Shown here: positions 40,352-49,613 of the stretch, in pieces
How the letters are laid out: each line of letters opens with the position of its first letter
Position numbering within the stretch: position 1 is the first letter of the stretch
Assembly (NCBI GenBank): GCA_964575955.1
Contig: CAZNTG010000006.1
Coordinates: forward strand, 352,001-416,000
Length of the DNA: 64,000 bases
Direction of reading: 5' to 3'
Source of the DNA: an uncultured Thermoproteaceae archaeon
GTDB lineage: Archaea > Thermoproteota > Thermoprotei > Thermoproteales > Thermocladiaceae
Made by a program: the position numbers and the translations under genes
The notes under the pieces: model-generated
What the model saw: the letters and a program-made list of their open reading frames with translations, nothing else
The model's database searches: none
Told to the model about the DNA's origin: nothing

Positions 40352-42022
40352 ATGGTTAAGGAACATTGGATTGAATTGTTAGCTTCTAGGATTGCTGAAA
40401 GATGTTCTCGATTAGGGAAGGATGAGTGTGTTCTAAATGGTGGTTTAAGTGTTTCAGGACTTCAACATGTCGGTAGACTTAGAGGTGAAGTTGTTATGAA
40501 TGATGTATTAAGGAGAATTCTAGAGACTAAGTATGGTCTCAAGGTTAGACAATACTTAACATTATACACAATGGATCCGTGGAAAGGTAAGGATAGACAA
40601 TTGAGAGAGTTTAAAAATGTTGAAGAAGCTCTAAGATATGTAGAGTGGCCTCTTGAGTACGTTCCCGATCCATATGGATGTCATAGGTCATGGATTGAGC
40701 ATTATTGGGAAGATTTTGGTAATTATCTCAAAGATTTTGCACATGATATACAGATAGTAACTACAGGCGAGATGTATAGAAGTTGGAATTCTATGAGAGA
40801 ATTTATATTGAAAACATTAGAGAAGAGGATTGAAATAATTAAAGTCTTAAATAAGTATAGAGGTAGAAATCCATATCCTGATACGTACATACCGTTTGAG
40901 CCTAGATGTAGATCTTGTGGTAGAATTGGAAAAGCTAAAGTTATAGATATAGATGTTCATAAAGATAGAGTAGTGTATAGATGTGAATGTGGATATGAAG
41001 GTGAAGGTAGACTCAGCGAGGGTAAGCTACCTTGGAGAATTGAGTGGGTTGCTGTGTGGTATGTTCTTAAAGTTGATTTTGAACCATTTGGTAAAGATCA
41101 TGCAACACCAGGAGGTTCTAGAGATTCAGCTAAAGATCTTGCAGAGACTGTCTACGGTATAGAAGCACCATTAGGTGAATGGTATGAATGGGTTGGATAT
41201 GTTAAAGGTGGTAAAGATGTTGGAGATATGGGTAGTAGTGACTTCATAGGATTTACACCTAGAGAATGGCTTGAAGTTGCAGAACCTGAAGTATTGAGAT
41301 ACTACTACATATTTCATGAACCTCACAGAAGACTCGTTCTTGGAATTGAAAATGTTTACCAGTACGTAGATATGTACGATAGAGCTGAAAGACTGTACTA
41401 TGGAATTGAAAAGCCTAGTCCTGCAGAGGAGGAGTATATTGATCTAATTAAGAAGAGCTACATATATGCACAACTTAGACCACTGCCGAAAGAACCACCA
41501 TTCCAACTACCATACTTACATGCAGTTGCACTAGTGCAAACACTACCAGAGACAGATAATGTAGACGTAATGCTTGAACATGCAATTAAGAGATTAAAAA
41601 TGACTAAAATACTTCAAAAAGAGCTTGATGATTACTCAATAGAGAGATTGAAGAGAAGATTGTTAAATGCTAAGAACTGGGTTCAAAAATATGCGCCTGA
41701 AACATATAAGATTAAGCTAGTTGAAGATATTGAAGTAGATAAGGTTAAGACATTTTCAGAAAAGGCTATAGAGAAGATAAAGATTCTAATTGATAAACTT
41801 GAAAGTATTGATAGATGGGATGATGAAAGTATTAAAGAAGCTATGAAATCAATACCTAAAGAAGATAAGAAGATTGAAAGAGAGTTCTTCAAAGCAATAT
41901 ACATAGCATTCTTCGGTAAAGATAGTGGACCTAGAATTGCACCATACTTCGCAATTTTAGGTAGAGAATTTGTTATAAATAGATTAAGAAGATTAATACA
42001 GGTATGGCAAAGTACCAGATAA
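40352..42022 (+). CDS. lysS: Lysyl-tRNA synthetase, class I
   Basis: SVSGLQHVGRLRG, KLPWRIEW, FEPFGKDHATPGGS, MGSS, SGPRIAP. Confidence 0.95.
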   Translation: MVKEHWIELLASRIAERCSRLGKDECVLNGGLSVSGLQHVGRLRGEVVMNDVLRRILETKYGLKVRQYLTLYTMDPWKGKDRQLREFKNVEEALRYVEWPLEYVPDPYGCHRSWIEHYWEDFGNYLKDFAHDIQIVTTGEMYRSWNSMREFILKTLEKRIEIIKVLNKYRGRNPYPDTYIPFEPRCRSCGRIGKAKVIDIDVHKDRVVYRCECGYEGEGRLSEGKLPWRIEWVAVWYVLKVDFEPFGKDHATPGGSRDSAKDLAETVYGIEAPLGEWYEWVGYVKGGKDVGDMGSSDFIGFTPREWLEVAEPEVLRYYYIFHEPHRRLVLGIENVYQYVDMYDRAERLYYGIEKPSPAEEEYIDLIKKSYIYAQLRPLPKEPPFQLPYLHAVALVQTLPETDNVDVMLEHAIKRLKMTKILQKELDDYSIERLKRRLLNAKNWVQKYAPETYKIKLVEDIEVDKVKTFSEKAIEKIKILIDKLESIDRWDDESIKEAMKSIPKEDKKIEREFFKAIYIAFFGKDSGPRIAPYFAILGREFVINRLRRLIQVWQSTR

Positions 42023-42369
42023 CAACTTTTGCATTAAGTTCAATATTACTAGCAGCTACACTACACATATACTTCAAAAGTCTTGATAATGTAGTTCAAT
42101 TATCATCATTAGTGTTTGGAGGATTTAGAAATTATCTCTCAATACTACTATGGTTAAGCATAATACTTTTTGCAACTAGTGCAATAACAAATCTCCTAGC
42201 TAGAGCAGACATTGAACATCACATATCTACAATGCATCCATATAGAGAGGAAGAGGAACTAACTATCATAACTATAAAGAGAATATTAACGTACAGTTCT
42301 ATAGGTATGATATTGACAAGTCTTGTGATACTACTATTAGCACTACTTAGAGCTTCAGTAATGTTCTAA
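42004..42369 (+). CDS. Three-TM membrane protein
   Basis: Three hydrophobic segments. Confidence 0.6.
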   Translation: MAKYQITTFALSSILLAATLHIYFKSLDNVVQLSSLVFGGFRNYLSILLWLSIILFATSAITNLLARADIEHHISTMHPYREEEELTIITIKRILTYSSIGMILTSLVILLLALLRASVMF

Positions 42370-43778
42370 CCTCTAGTTAATTCCTCTAATCTTCTTCTCA
42401 ACTCATCTCTCTCCTTCTCAAGCTCTTCAACATATCTTCTTAATCTCTCAATCTCCTGCTTCTCCTGCATTAACCTATCTCTAAGTTCGATTAATGCACT
42501 TTCTCTAACGACTAGAGCTCTCTGATAGTTTATTAGCTCTCGCTCCTTCTCTAACAGCTTTCTTTCCCATTCAACAAGTCTTCTTTCTTCTTCTACAAGT
42601 TTTGTCATTAATGGTTCGATTTTTTCGAATAGTTCTTTCCTTCTCATACTTATCTCAGCATCTAACTTTCTAAGCTCCTCTTCACGCTTCTTCAACTCTT
42701 CTTCGATCTTCTCAATTTCCTGTTTCTTAGATTCAAGCTTCTGCTCTAGAATTTTCAACTCTTCTTCACGTCTCATAAGTTCAAGCTCTTTTTCAGCTAA
42801 CTCTCTCTCCTTCTTGAGTAGTTCTTCATATTTAGCTTTAATTTCTCCTTCCCTCTTCAATAATTCTCTAACACGTGCATTATCAGCTTCTAATCTAGCT
42901 GCTTCAATCTCTAGTCTTCTCTCAAGAGCTTTCAGGTTAGCTTCCCATTCTCTAAGCTTAGACTCCTTTTCTGAAAGTTCTCGCTCCTTCTCTATTAATC
43001 TACTTAAGGTTTCATCAAATTTCACTATCGTCTGTGACATTTGTGAAGATAAGTTTCTCAATTCTGAAAGCACGTTCCAAGATTCTGATAATCTCTTCTC
43101 TAATTCTTCAAGTCTTCTTCTGTCTTCTTCAATCTTCTGTCTCTCTCTTTCAATCTCCTCAGTCCTTATCCTAATCTCAGTCTCCTTCTCTGCTATTTGT
43201 CTAATCTTACTCTCAAATTCTGAATACTTCTGTAGTATCTCGTCTAGAGTCTGTTTAAGACCTTCAGATATTGAGCTTATCTTAATTATGTGTTCTGAAA
43301 CACTTTCCATCCTACTAAACGTATCTCTTAACTTCTCATCAAGTTGTGATAGTGTTGATGATATTGATTCAACACTAGTCTTAATACCTTCAAAACTTTG
43401 TGAAATATCTCTTGAAATGTTTGATAATGATGTATATGCTTCTGATAGCTTATTCATAATTTCTTTAAATGTGTTTGTTAAATTCTCTGTCAATTGTTTA
43501 AATGATTCTAAATATTGTGCAACACTTACAACTCTACTCTCAATATCTCTAACCATGTCGTTAATAAGTCTAACTAGATCTTGCAGAGTCTTGTCACTTC
43601 TACGTGATGCTTCTACTAGAGATTCTGCATATTTTTGAAGTATTGAAAGTCTGTTAGAGATGTCTGTTATAGTTGATATCTGAGTATTTGTTACGTTAAG
43701 AATCTCATCAAGACGATGAAGTATTGTGCCTATAGCAGTCTCTACATCTACTCTCCTACTACCTCTAAAAAATGACAT
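42366..43778 (-). CDS. Long all-coiled-coil protein (no ATPase head)
   Basis: Continuous heptad-like pattern; S/T-rich N-half, E/K/R-rich C-half. Confidence 0.8.
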   Translation of the reverse strand: MSFFRGSRRVDVETAIGTILHRLDEILNVTNTQISTITDISNRLSILQKYAESLVEASRRSDKTLQDLVRLINDMVRDIESRVVSVAQYLESFKQLTENLTNTFKEIMNKLSEAYTSLSNISRDISQSFEGIKTSVESISSTLSQLDEKLRDTFSRMESVSEHIIKISSISEGLKQTLDEILQKYSEFESKIRQIAEKETEIRIRTEEIERERQKIEEDRRRLEELEKRLSESWNVLSELRNLSSQMSQTIVKFDETLSRLIEKERELSEKESKLREWEANLKALERRLEIEAARLEADNARVRELLKREGEIKAKYEELLKKERELAEKELELMRREEELKILEQKLESKKQEIEKIEEELKKREEELRKLDAEISMRRKELFEKIEPLMTKLVEEERRLVEWERKLLEKERELINYQRALVVRESALIELRDRLMQEKQEIERLRRYVEELEKERDELRRRLEELTRG

Positions 43779-43819
43779 TCTCAGCTATATATGTGACATG
43801 AGGTATATAATACTTTTGT

Positions 43820-44377
43820 TCAAATGCTTTTTTGAGTAAATACTCTAGTTAGAACATCTTTAAGTGTATCAATAGATTCTCTTAACTTTCTAATTTCAAG
43901 TTTAATATCTTCTAAAAGTGTTAACATATCTTCTCTATACCTATTAATCTCATTTACAGCAGTCATAACTTTCTCTTCAACATCTTTCAAATATACTGTG
44001 AGGAGTGTCTTAACATCTCTGATATCTGTAGCATATGTTGACAAGTTTGTCATTAGTGAAGATATTGAATCTCTTATAGATGTTAAAAATTCTCTATGAG
44101 CTATTAGTGAAGTCTCTAATCTTCCAATAGATGTTGATAGTGATCTCAGGAATACAGAAACATCAGAAGACCTCTCTCTAGTCTGCACACCTGAAGATAG
44201 TTTTCTAACCTCATCTTGAACCTCTCTAATATTTTCACGTAATTCCTGTATAGACTTAGCCAATTCTTGAATAGTTCCAGAAAGTGTAGCTATATTTCTC
44301 AAAATTTCTTCTAAAAGTTCGATTGAAGATGACATATCTAGAATTTGAGATACTTGATATATAGATATTTCTATCAC
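43820..44377 (-). CDS. Coiled-coil protein
   Basis: LEEILRNIATLSGTIQELAKSIQELRENIREVQ heptads; start may be MSSSIELL. Confidence 0.72.
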   Translation of the reverse strand: MIEISIYQVSQILDMSSSIELLEEILRNIATLSGTIQELAKSIQELRENIREVQDEVRKLSSGVQTRERSSDVSVFLRSLSTSIGRLETSLIAHREFLTSIRDSISSLMTNLSTYATDIRDVKTLLTVYLKDVEEKVMTAVNEINRYREDMLTLLEDIKLEIRKLRESIDTLKDVLTRVFTQKSI

Positions 44378-45378
44378 TTTCTAGAAAATAGGAGCATAAT
44401 TTCATCAGGTATATCTCTATCAACTATGTATATAGTATCTCCACCTTGTCTATCTAGAACTCTGACATGTGGATTTTCTACATAATCTATAACTCTTCCA
44501 ATAATCTTAATCTCATCTTCAGGAACATACCTCTTGACAATCTCAACTACCTGATCAACATTCTTCTCATTAACTACTGCTAATAGACATCCTGAACTTA
44601 GAGATTTTAATGGATCTAGATTTACAATATTTAGAACTTTCTTAACATCTTCTCTAATCGGTATTTCTGATTTCCACAATTCTATACATGTTTTTGAAGC
44701 TTTGGAAATTTCAAAAACTCCTTGAATAATACCACCCTCAGTAGGGTCATGCATTGAATCTACATATGGAGTTATCTCTCTAGCTATCTGGACTACTGAA
44801 AGTTCTTTATAATAATTTTTAACTCTATCAATAACTTCACTATCAACGCTACCTAACACCCTCTCTGCAAAATCTGTAACAACTATCATAGATGCCTCTA
44901 TAGCGACACTTCTAATAGCTAGTAGTAGATCTCCAGGTTTTGCATTTGCTGTAGATATCGGTCTAATACTTGTGCCAATACATGTAGATACTATTATTGG
45001 TCTGTCAATACCTGGACAATACTCTGTATGACCACCAACTATGTCTATATTTAACATATTACATGCATCATTAATTTGTCTAAATATCTTCTCAATACCA
45101 TCTTCAGGATATTTTTCAGGAAGTAGTATACATGTACTAATCCATCTAGGATCACCACCCTGAACTGCAACATCGTTAGATGGTACAACAACACTAAGCC
45201 AACCTGCTAGAGATGTTGATCCAGTTATTGGGTCAGTATGAACAACTATGTATGGTATACCTCTAACATCTATTATTGATGCATCTTCACCAATTTTAGG
45301 ACCTAGAATACATCTTACATCACCTCTATGTACAATACCTATCAATTTTTCTAGAAGGTTACTCTCAAGCTTAACCAC
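44374..45378 (-). CDS. AIR synthase-related (HypE/PurM fold) protein
   Basis: GPKIGEDA, HTDPITG, NDVAVQG, VGGHTE, MHDPTEGG. Confidence 0.9.
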   Translation of the reverse strand: MVKLESNLLEKLIGIVHRGDVRCILGPKIGEDASIIDVRGIPYIVVHTDPITGSTSLAGWLSVVVPSNDVAVQGGDPRWISTCILLPEKYPEDGIEKIFRQINDACNMLNIDIVGGHTEYCPGIDRPIIVSTCIGTSIRPISTANAKPGDLLLAIRSVAIEASMIVVTDFAERVLGSVDSEVIDRVKNYYKELSVVQIAREITPYVDSMHDPTEGGIIQGVFEISKASKTCIELWKSEIPIREDVKKVLNIVNLDPLKSLSSGCLLAVVNEKNVDQVVEIVKRYVPEDEIKIIGRVIDYVENPHVRVLDRQGGDTIYIVDRDIPDEIMLLFSRK

Positions 45379-45418
45379 ATCTACATATATAAATGTTTAA
45401 CTATTTTAGAGTTAAGTA

Positions 45419-46126
45419 ATGAACTACATATCACAGAAGGCTGTTGTTAAAACTAAATACATATCTAGAAATGTCATGATATTTGGAAGAACTTATATAG
45501 GATATAGATGTATAATCTACCCAAATGTTATTATAGGACTACCTGTGAGAAGTAAGATTTTGAATATAGATTTAGAAAAGTTTGAAAGTATTGAAGAATT
45601 TTTTGATAATGTTAGTGAGGGATCTACTATAGGTGATAATACTATAATTAGATCTGGATGTATAATATATGAACGTGTTAAGATTGGTAATAATGTGGAG
45701 TTTGGACATAATGTTCTTGTTAGAGAAAATGTAGAAATTGGAGATAATTGTAAAATTGGTAGTTATGTAATTCTCGACTCAGATATTAAGATTGGTAATA
45801 ATGTAGTTATACAAAGTGGTGTGTACATACCTAAAGGTGTTGTAATAGAAGATGACGTATTTATAGGTCCATGTACAGTATTTACAAATGATAAGTATCC
45901 TCCAAGCAGGAAGCTTGTAGGTTCTAGAGTATGTAGAGGATCTATACTAGGTGCTGGATGTGTAGTACTTCCAGGTGTTAGAATTGGTGAGTATTCTGTT
46001 GTTGGTGCTGGTTCTATAGTTTCTAGAGATGTTCCTGATAAATGTGTTGTGTATGGTATACCTGCTAGAGTAGTCTATACCTATGAGGAGTATTTGAGAA
46101 AGAGGAAGATCTACGAGATGTCTTAA
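45419..46126 (+). CDS. Hexapeptide-repeat sugar N-acetyltransferase
   Basis: IGDNTII/IGNNVEF repeats, FIGPCTVFTNDKYPPS, VGAGSIVSRDVP..VVYGIPAR. Confidence 0.9.
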   Translation: MNYISQKAVVKTKYISRNVMIFGRTYIGYRCIIYPNVIIGLPVRSKILNIDLEKFESIEEFFDNVSEGSTIGDNTIIRSGCIIYERVKIGNNVEFGHNVLVRENVEIGDNCKIGSYVILDSDIKIGNNVVIQSGVYIPKGVVIEDDVFIGPCTVFTNDKYPPSRKLVGSRVCRGSILGAGCVVLPGVRIGEYSVVGAGSIVSRDVPDKCVVYGIPARVVYTYEEYLRKRKIYEMS

Positions 46127-46145
46127 GTATACGTTTACTACACGT

Positions 46146-46616
46146 CTACTTCTTTTCTTGAGATTGTTCTCCAATAACAATTACTTCTCTAGCTTTCTGC
46201 TTAGCTTCCTGTAATTTTCTTAAGAATTCTTCTCTAGCTTTTCTAATTCTTTCAATCATCTCTCTTCTCCTTGGATCTGATAGATCGAGATCAACTATAA
46301 CCACTTTAGATGGGTGGATTGGGTAGTACACTACTTCACCGTTAGCTTTTCTTAAAGTTGCACCTTCAACATATATTCTATATCTCTTCAAGTCTACTCT
46401 AATCACCTTACCTTTAACACCTTTGAAATCTCCTCTAACAATCAGTACTGTATCACCCTTCCTGACAGGTAGTCTCTTAATTCCATATTGCTTCTGAAGC
46501 TCTTTAGATAGTGGTGCTACCATGAGCTTCTGTCTCTTATGTAGTGGTGCGTTGTATAGTGCTTTCCTCTGCTTCCTAGGTTGACTAGACTTTACCCAGT
46601 TTATCATGTTTCTCAA
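46146..46616 (-). CDS. rpl24: 50S ribosomal protein uL24
   Basis: [39 protein letters not shown]. Confidence 0.97.
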   Translation of the reverse strand: MRNMINWVKSSQPRKQRKALYNAPLHKRQKLMVAPLSKELQKQYGIKRLPVRKGDTVLIVRGDFKGVKGKVIRVDLKRYRIYVEGATLRKANGEVVYYPIHPSKVVIVDLDLSDPRRREMIERIRKAREEFLRKLQEAKQKAREVIVIGEQSQEKK

Positions 46617-46712
46617 CTTGAATGTCTTATTGGATTATTAAACTTTAGTCTACACATTCAACTTCAAGTAGAATGACTTATAAGTAGGAAAGTACATACC
46701 ACATACTTACCA

Positions 46713-47273
46713 ATGAGTAGTGATGTAGTATTACCAGGAGATGAGCTATGTGTAATTGAGGAATTCCTACCTGGAAGATACGCATATGCAGATGATAGAG
46801 GTATTGTCAGGTCAAGTGTTGTTGGTCTAGTTAAAAGAGACTTAAAATCTCACGATATTGATGTCATTCCAGTAAGAGGTAAACTCTTACTATCTTATGG
46901 AGATGTTGTGTATGGTAAGGTTGTAGCTATGTTAAACGAGAAAGTTGCCGTAGTTAAGATATGTGCTATACATGGTGATAATGGTAAGTTGGTAAGTCTA
47001 AAATATACATATACAGGTCTTCTACATATATCACAGATAAGTGATCAACCAATATCAACAATAAGAGAAGTATTAGGTATTGGAGATGTTGTTAGAGCAA
47101 GAATAATATCTAGATGGGGACCACCATACCTAATATCGATAAAATCTCAAAATCTTGGTGTAATATATGCAATATGCCCAACCTGTCATGTAGAAGCTAG
47201 AAGGAGAAATAGATTTTTCCAATGTCCATCATGTGGACAAGTTCTTAAACGTAAAGTTCCCATAACAGACTAG
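46713..47273 (+). CDS. csl4: Exosome RNA-binding subunit Csl4
   Basis: VLPGDELCVIEEF, S1 domain, GDVVRARI, LGVIYAICPTC...CPSCG..RKV. Confidence 0.93.
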   Translation: MSSDVVLPGDELCVIEEFLPGRYAYADDRGIVRSSVVGLVKRDLKSHDIDVIPVRGKLLLSYGDVVYGKVVAMLNEKVAVVKICAIHGDNGKLVSLKYTYTGLLHISQISDQPISTIREVLGIGDVVRARIISRWGPPYLISIKSQNLGVIYAICPTCHVEARRRNRFFQCPSCGQVLKRKVPITD

Positions 47274-47284
47274 AAGTGTAGATA

Positions 47285-48112
47285 ATGAGTAGACAGAAGT
47301 ACTACTATAAAAGTATAAAATTAACATTTGGAAGTAATGAAGAGGTAGTTAAGTTTCTAGAATTAATATCTAGAAAAATTAAAGTATTTCAAATGTATGC
47401 AAGAACTAGAGGTAGTAATAATGTTGAACTAATACTTCTAGGAGATCCATATGAAGTTAATCTAGCAATTTCAGAAATTAGAAAAATTGCAAAAATTGTG
47501 AAAGAAATGTATAGAAAGGTTAGAGGATTAGCAACATACGACCAGAGAATAATATTAGACACAGCTAAGCTAGAAGCTGCGATACCTCTAGATGTTGCTT
47601 ATAGAGTATTAGAATTTCTTGGATATCGTGTAGAGACTACTAGAGATGGTAAGTTACGTACAGATGCAACACTTAGAGAAATTGTAAATGTTGTAGAACA
47701 AGTATCTAGATTGTATAAAGAGATGATGGATATGGACATAACACCACAAGCTAAGAGAATAATAGCTATATATAGCATAGTTATGGATAGAGATATTGAT
47801 GAAGCAATATCAGATTTATTAAAATTTGAACTATTGAAAATATTTGAGAGTGAAGAACGTAAATTAATAGTCTTAGCATATAGTTATGAGAAAGCTCTAG
47901 AGAAACTTAAAGAAATTATAGCTAAAATTAAAGAGAAACCTGAACTACTTGAACATAAGGTTGAGATTGTTGAAAAAGTTGAAGAGGAAGAAGAGGAATA
48001 TGAGAAAATTCAGGAAATTAAAAAGAAAATTCTTGGTGAAAATGAGATTAAGCTTGAAGATATTGTAGAGTTTAGAGAATCTGATAAGGAGGGTAGTGAA
48101 GGTAGAGAGTAA
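47285..48112 (+). CDS. DUF2067-like protein
   Basis: Usual position between csl4 and rpoL; plausible length and pattern. Confidence 0.7.
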   Translation: MSRQKYYYKSIKLTFGSNEEVVKFLELISRKIKVFQMYARTRGSNNVELILLGDPYEVNLAISEIRKIAKIVKEMYRKVRGLATYDQRIILDTAKLEAAIPLDVAYRVLEFLGYRVETTRDGKLRTDATLREIVNVVEQVSRLYKEMMDMDITPQAKRIIAIYSIVMDRDIDEAISDLLKFELLKIFESEERKLIVLAYSYEKALEKLKEIIAKIKEKPELLEHKVEIVEKVEEEEEEYEKIQEIKKKILGENEIKLEDIVEFRESDKEGSEGRE

Positions 48113-48143
48113 GTACTTTAAGGATCGTTTATCTATCTAACAC

Positions 48144-48419
48144 ATGTTAACAATATCCATAGTTAAGTATGAGAAGAATTATCTAGAACTTCAAGTTAAA
48201 GGTGAGACACATACATTATTTGCCCCTCTAATCGAATATCTACTTAAACATCCTGATGTTGAATACGCAATGTATGATGTTGATCATCCACTTCTACAGA
48301 ATGTTAAGTTTAGATTAAAAACTAAGAGTAGAGATCCTGTTGAGGTTATTAAGGAAGTTGTTAAACAAATTTTAAATGATGTAGACACATTAAAAGAAGC
48401 TATTCTAAGTCAACTATGA
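48144..48419 (+). CDS. rpoL: RNA polymerase subunit L (Rpo11)
   Basis: LQVKGETHTL..L..HPDVEYAMYDVDHPL. Confidence 0.95.
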   Translation: MLTISIVKYEKNYLELQVKGETHTLFAPLIEYLLKHPDVEYAMYDVDHPLLQNVKFRLKTKSRDPVEVIKEVVKQILNDVDTLKEAILSQL

Positions 48420-48961
48420 TCCGTGTCGCAGTTGGTTCGAAAAATCCTTCTAAAATTGAAGGTGTTAGAAGAGCTTATGAATATCTAGGTATCGATGTTG
48501 AGATAATTCCTATTGAAGCACGTAGTGGTGTATCTAGACAACCAAAATCTATCGAAGAGACTGTCAAAGGTGCTTTAAATAGAGTACTATACTCTAGAAA
48601 TGTTGTAGATGCTGATGAGTATGTTGGTGTTGAGTCAGGACTTATGTATATACCGTACGTTGACAGAGTTGTAGATGTTACTGTTGCTATTATTGCAGAT
48701 AGAAATTTGAGAATTAGTATTGGTCTAAGTCCTGCATTTGAAATACCTCCAGACATAGTTAGAAGATTGTATGGTGAAGATTTAGAACTTGAAGATATCG
48801 TAGTTGAAATATCGGGAATTGAGAATATTGGTGAGAAAGGAGGTTTCATAAGTTATCTAACAGGAGGTAAGTATGAACGTAGTGAACTTGTTAGACAGGC
48901 AGTACTCATGGCTTTGACTCCAAGATTAAGCCCTATAAAAAGAATGTACAGGTTGGAGTAG
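48416..48961 (+). CDS. yjjX: Inosine/xanthosine triphosphatase (YjjX family)
   Basis: VAVGSKNPSKI, SGVSRQP..EETVKGALNR, VGVESGL, GGFISYLT. Confidence 0.9.
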   Translation: MIRVAVGSKNPSKIEGVRRAYEYLGIDVEIIPIEARSGVSRQPKSIEETVKGALNRVLYSRNVVDADEYVGVESGLMYIPYVDRVVDVTVAIIADRNLRISIGLSPAFEIPPDIVRRLYGEDLELEDIVVEISGIENIGEKGGFISYLTGGKYERSELVRQAVLMALTPRLSPIKRMYRLE

Positions 48962-49064
48962 TGCAATACTTTTAATGGTGAGTGGTATTTAAATCGTTCG
49001 CTTGATAACCCATTGAGATTAACGACACTATGCTTATAAGAGCACTAATACTCAGTTATGTCAT

Positions 49065-49568
49065 ATGTGGAGTAGAATAGCAAAATACTTCATAAACTAT
49101 CCAGCACGTGCAAGAGTGGCTAGACTTCTCTTCGAGAGAGGCTTTCAGGTAAAAGAACCCTACAGAGTAGTCAGTGGTAATATAGAGATTCCACATACAC
49201 AGATAGCTAAAGAGGTAGGTGTTGATAGAAGAGTTGTTAGAGAAACTGTAGAGATGATACTTGCAAATGAAGAACTTAGAAAGATATTTGAAAATCTTAG
49301 ACAGGTATGTCTTCTCTCTGAAGTTGCTAGATACCTCAACATGGATACTATAGTCATAGTTCCTGAAGATGCTAAAAAGCCAGGAATAATATCAGAAGTA
49401 ACTTTGAGAATATCTAAGAAGGGTTTAAGCATTAGACAACTATTTGCTGAAGATCCTGAAGCATCAGAAGAACCAAAACTCATAATTGTAGTTGATGGTA
49501 GAGTACCACCTGACTTAATAAGTGAATTACGATCAATGCCAGGAATAGCAAGAGTCATACTACAGTAA
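49065..49568 (+). CDS. ACT-domain predicted regulator of amino acid metabolism (COG2150-like)
   Basis: YPARARVARLL, IAKEVGVDRRVV, PGIISEV..ISKKGLSIRQ.FAEDPE. Confidence 0.88.
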   Translation: MWSRIAKYFINYPARARVARLLFERGFQVKEPYRVVSGNIEIPHTQIAKEVGVDRRVVRETVEMILANEELRKIFENLRQVCLLSEVARYLNMDTIVIVPEDAKKPGIISEVTLRISKKGLSIRQLFAEDPEASEEPKLIIVVDGRVPPDLISELRSMPGIARVILQ

Positions 49569-49613
49569 CGTAGAGTGGGTAGAGATAGGTAACGTACATA
49601 TTCAACATATAGT

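Noticed and set aside
42814-43638. 274-aa Ser/Leu-rich plus-strand ORF
   Set aside because: Antisense of the E/K/R-rich coiled-coil gene
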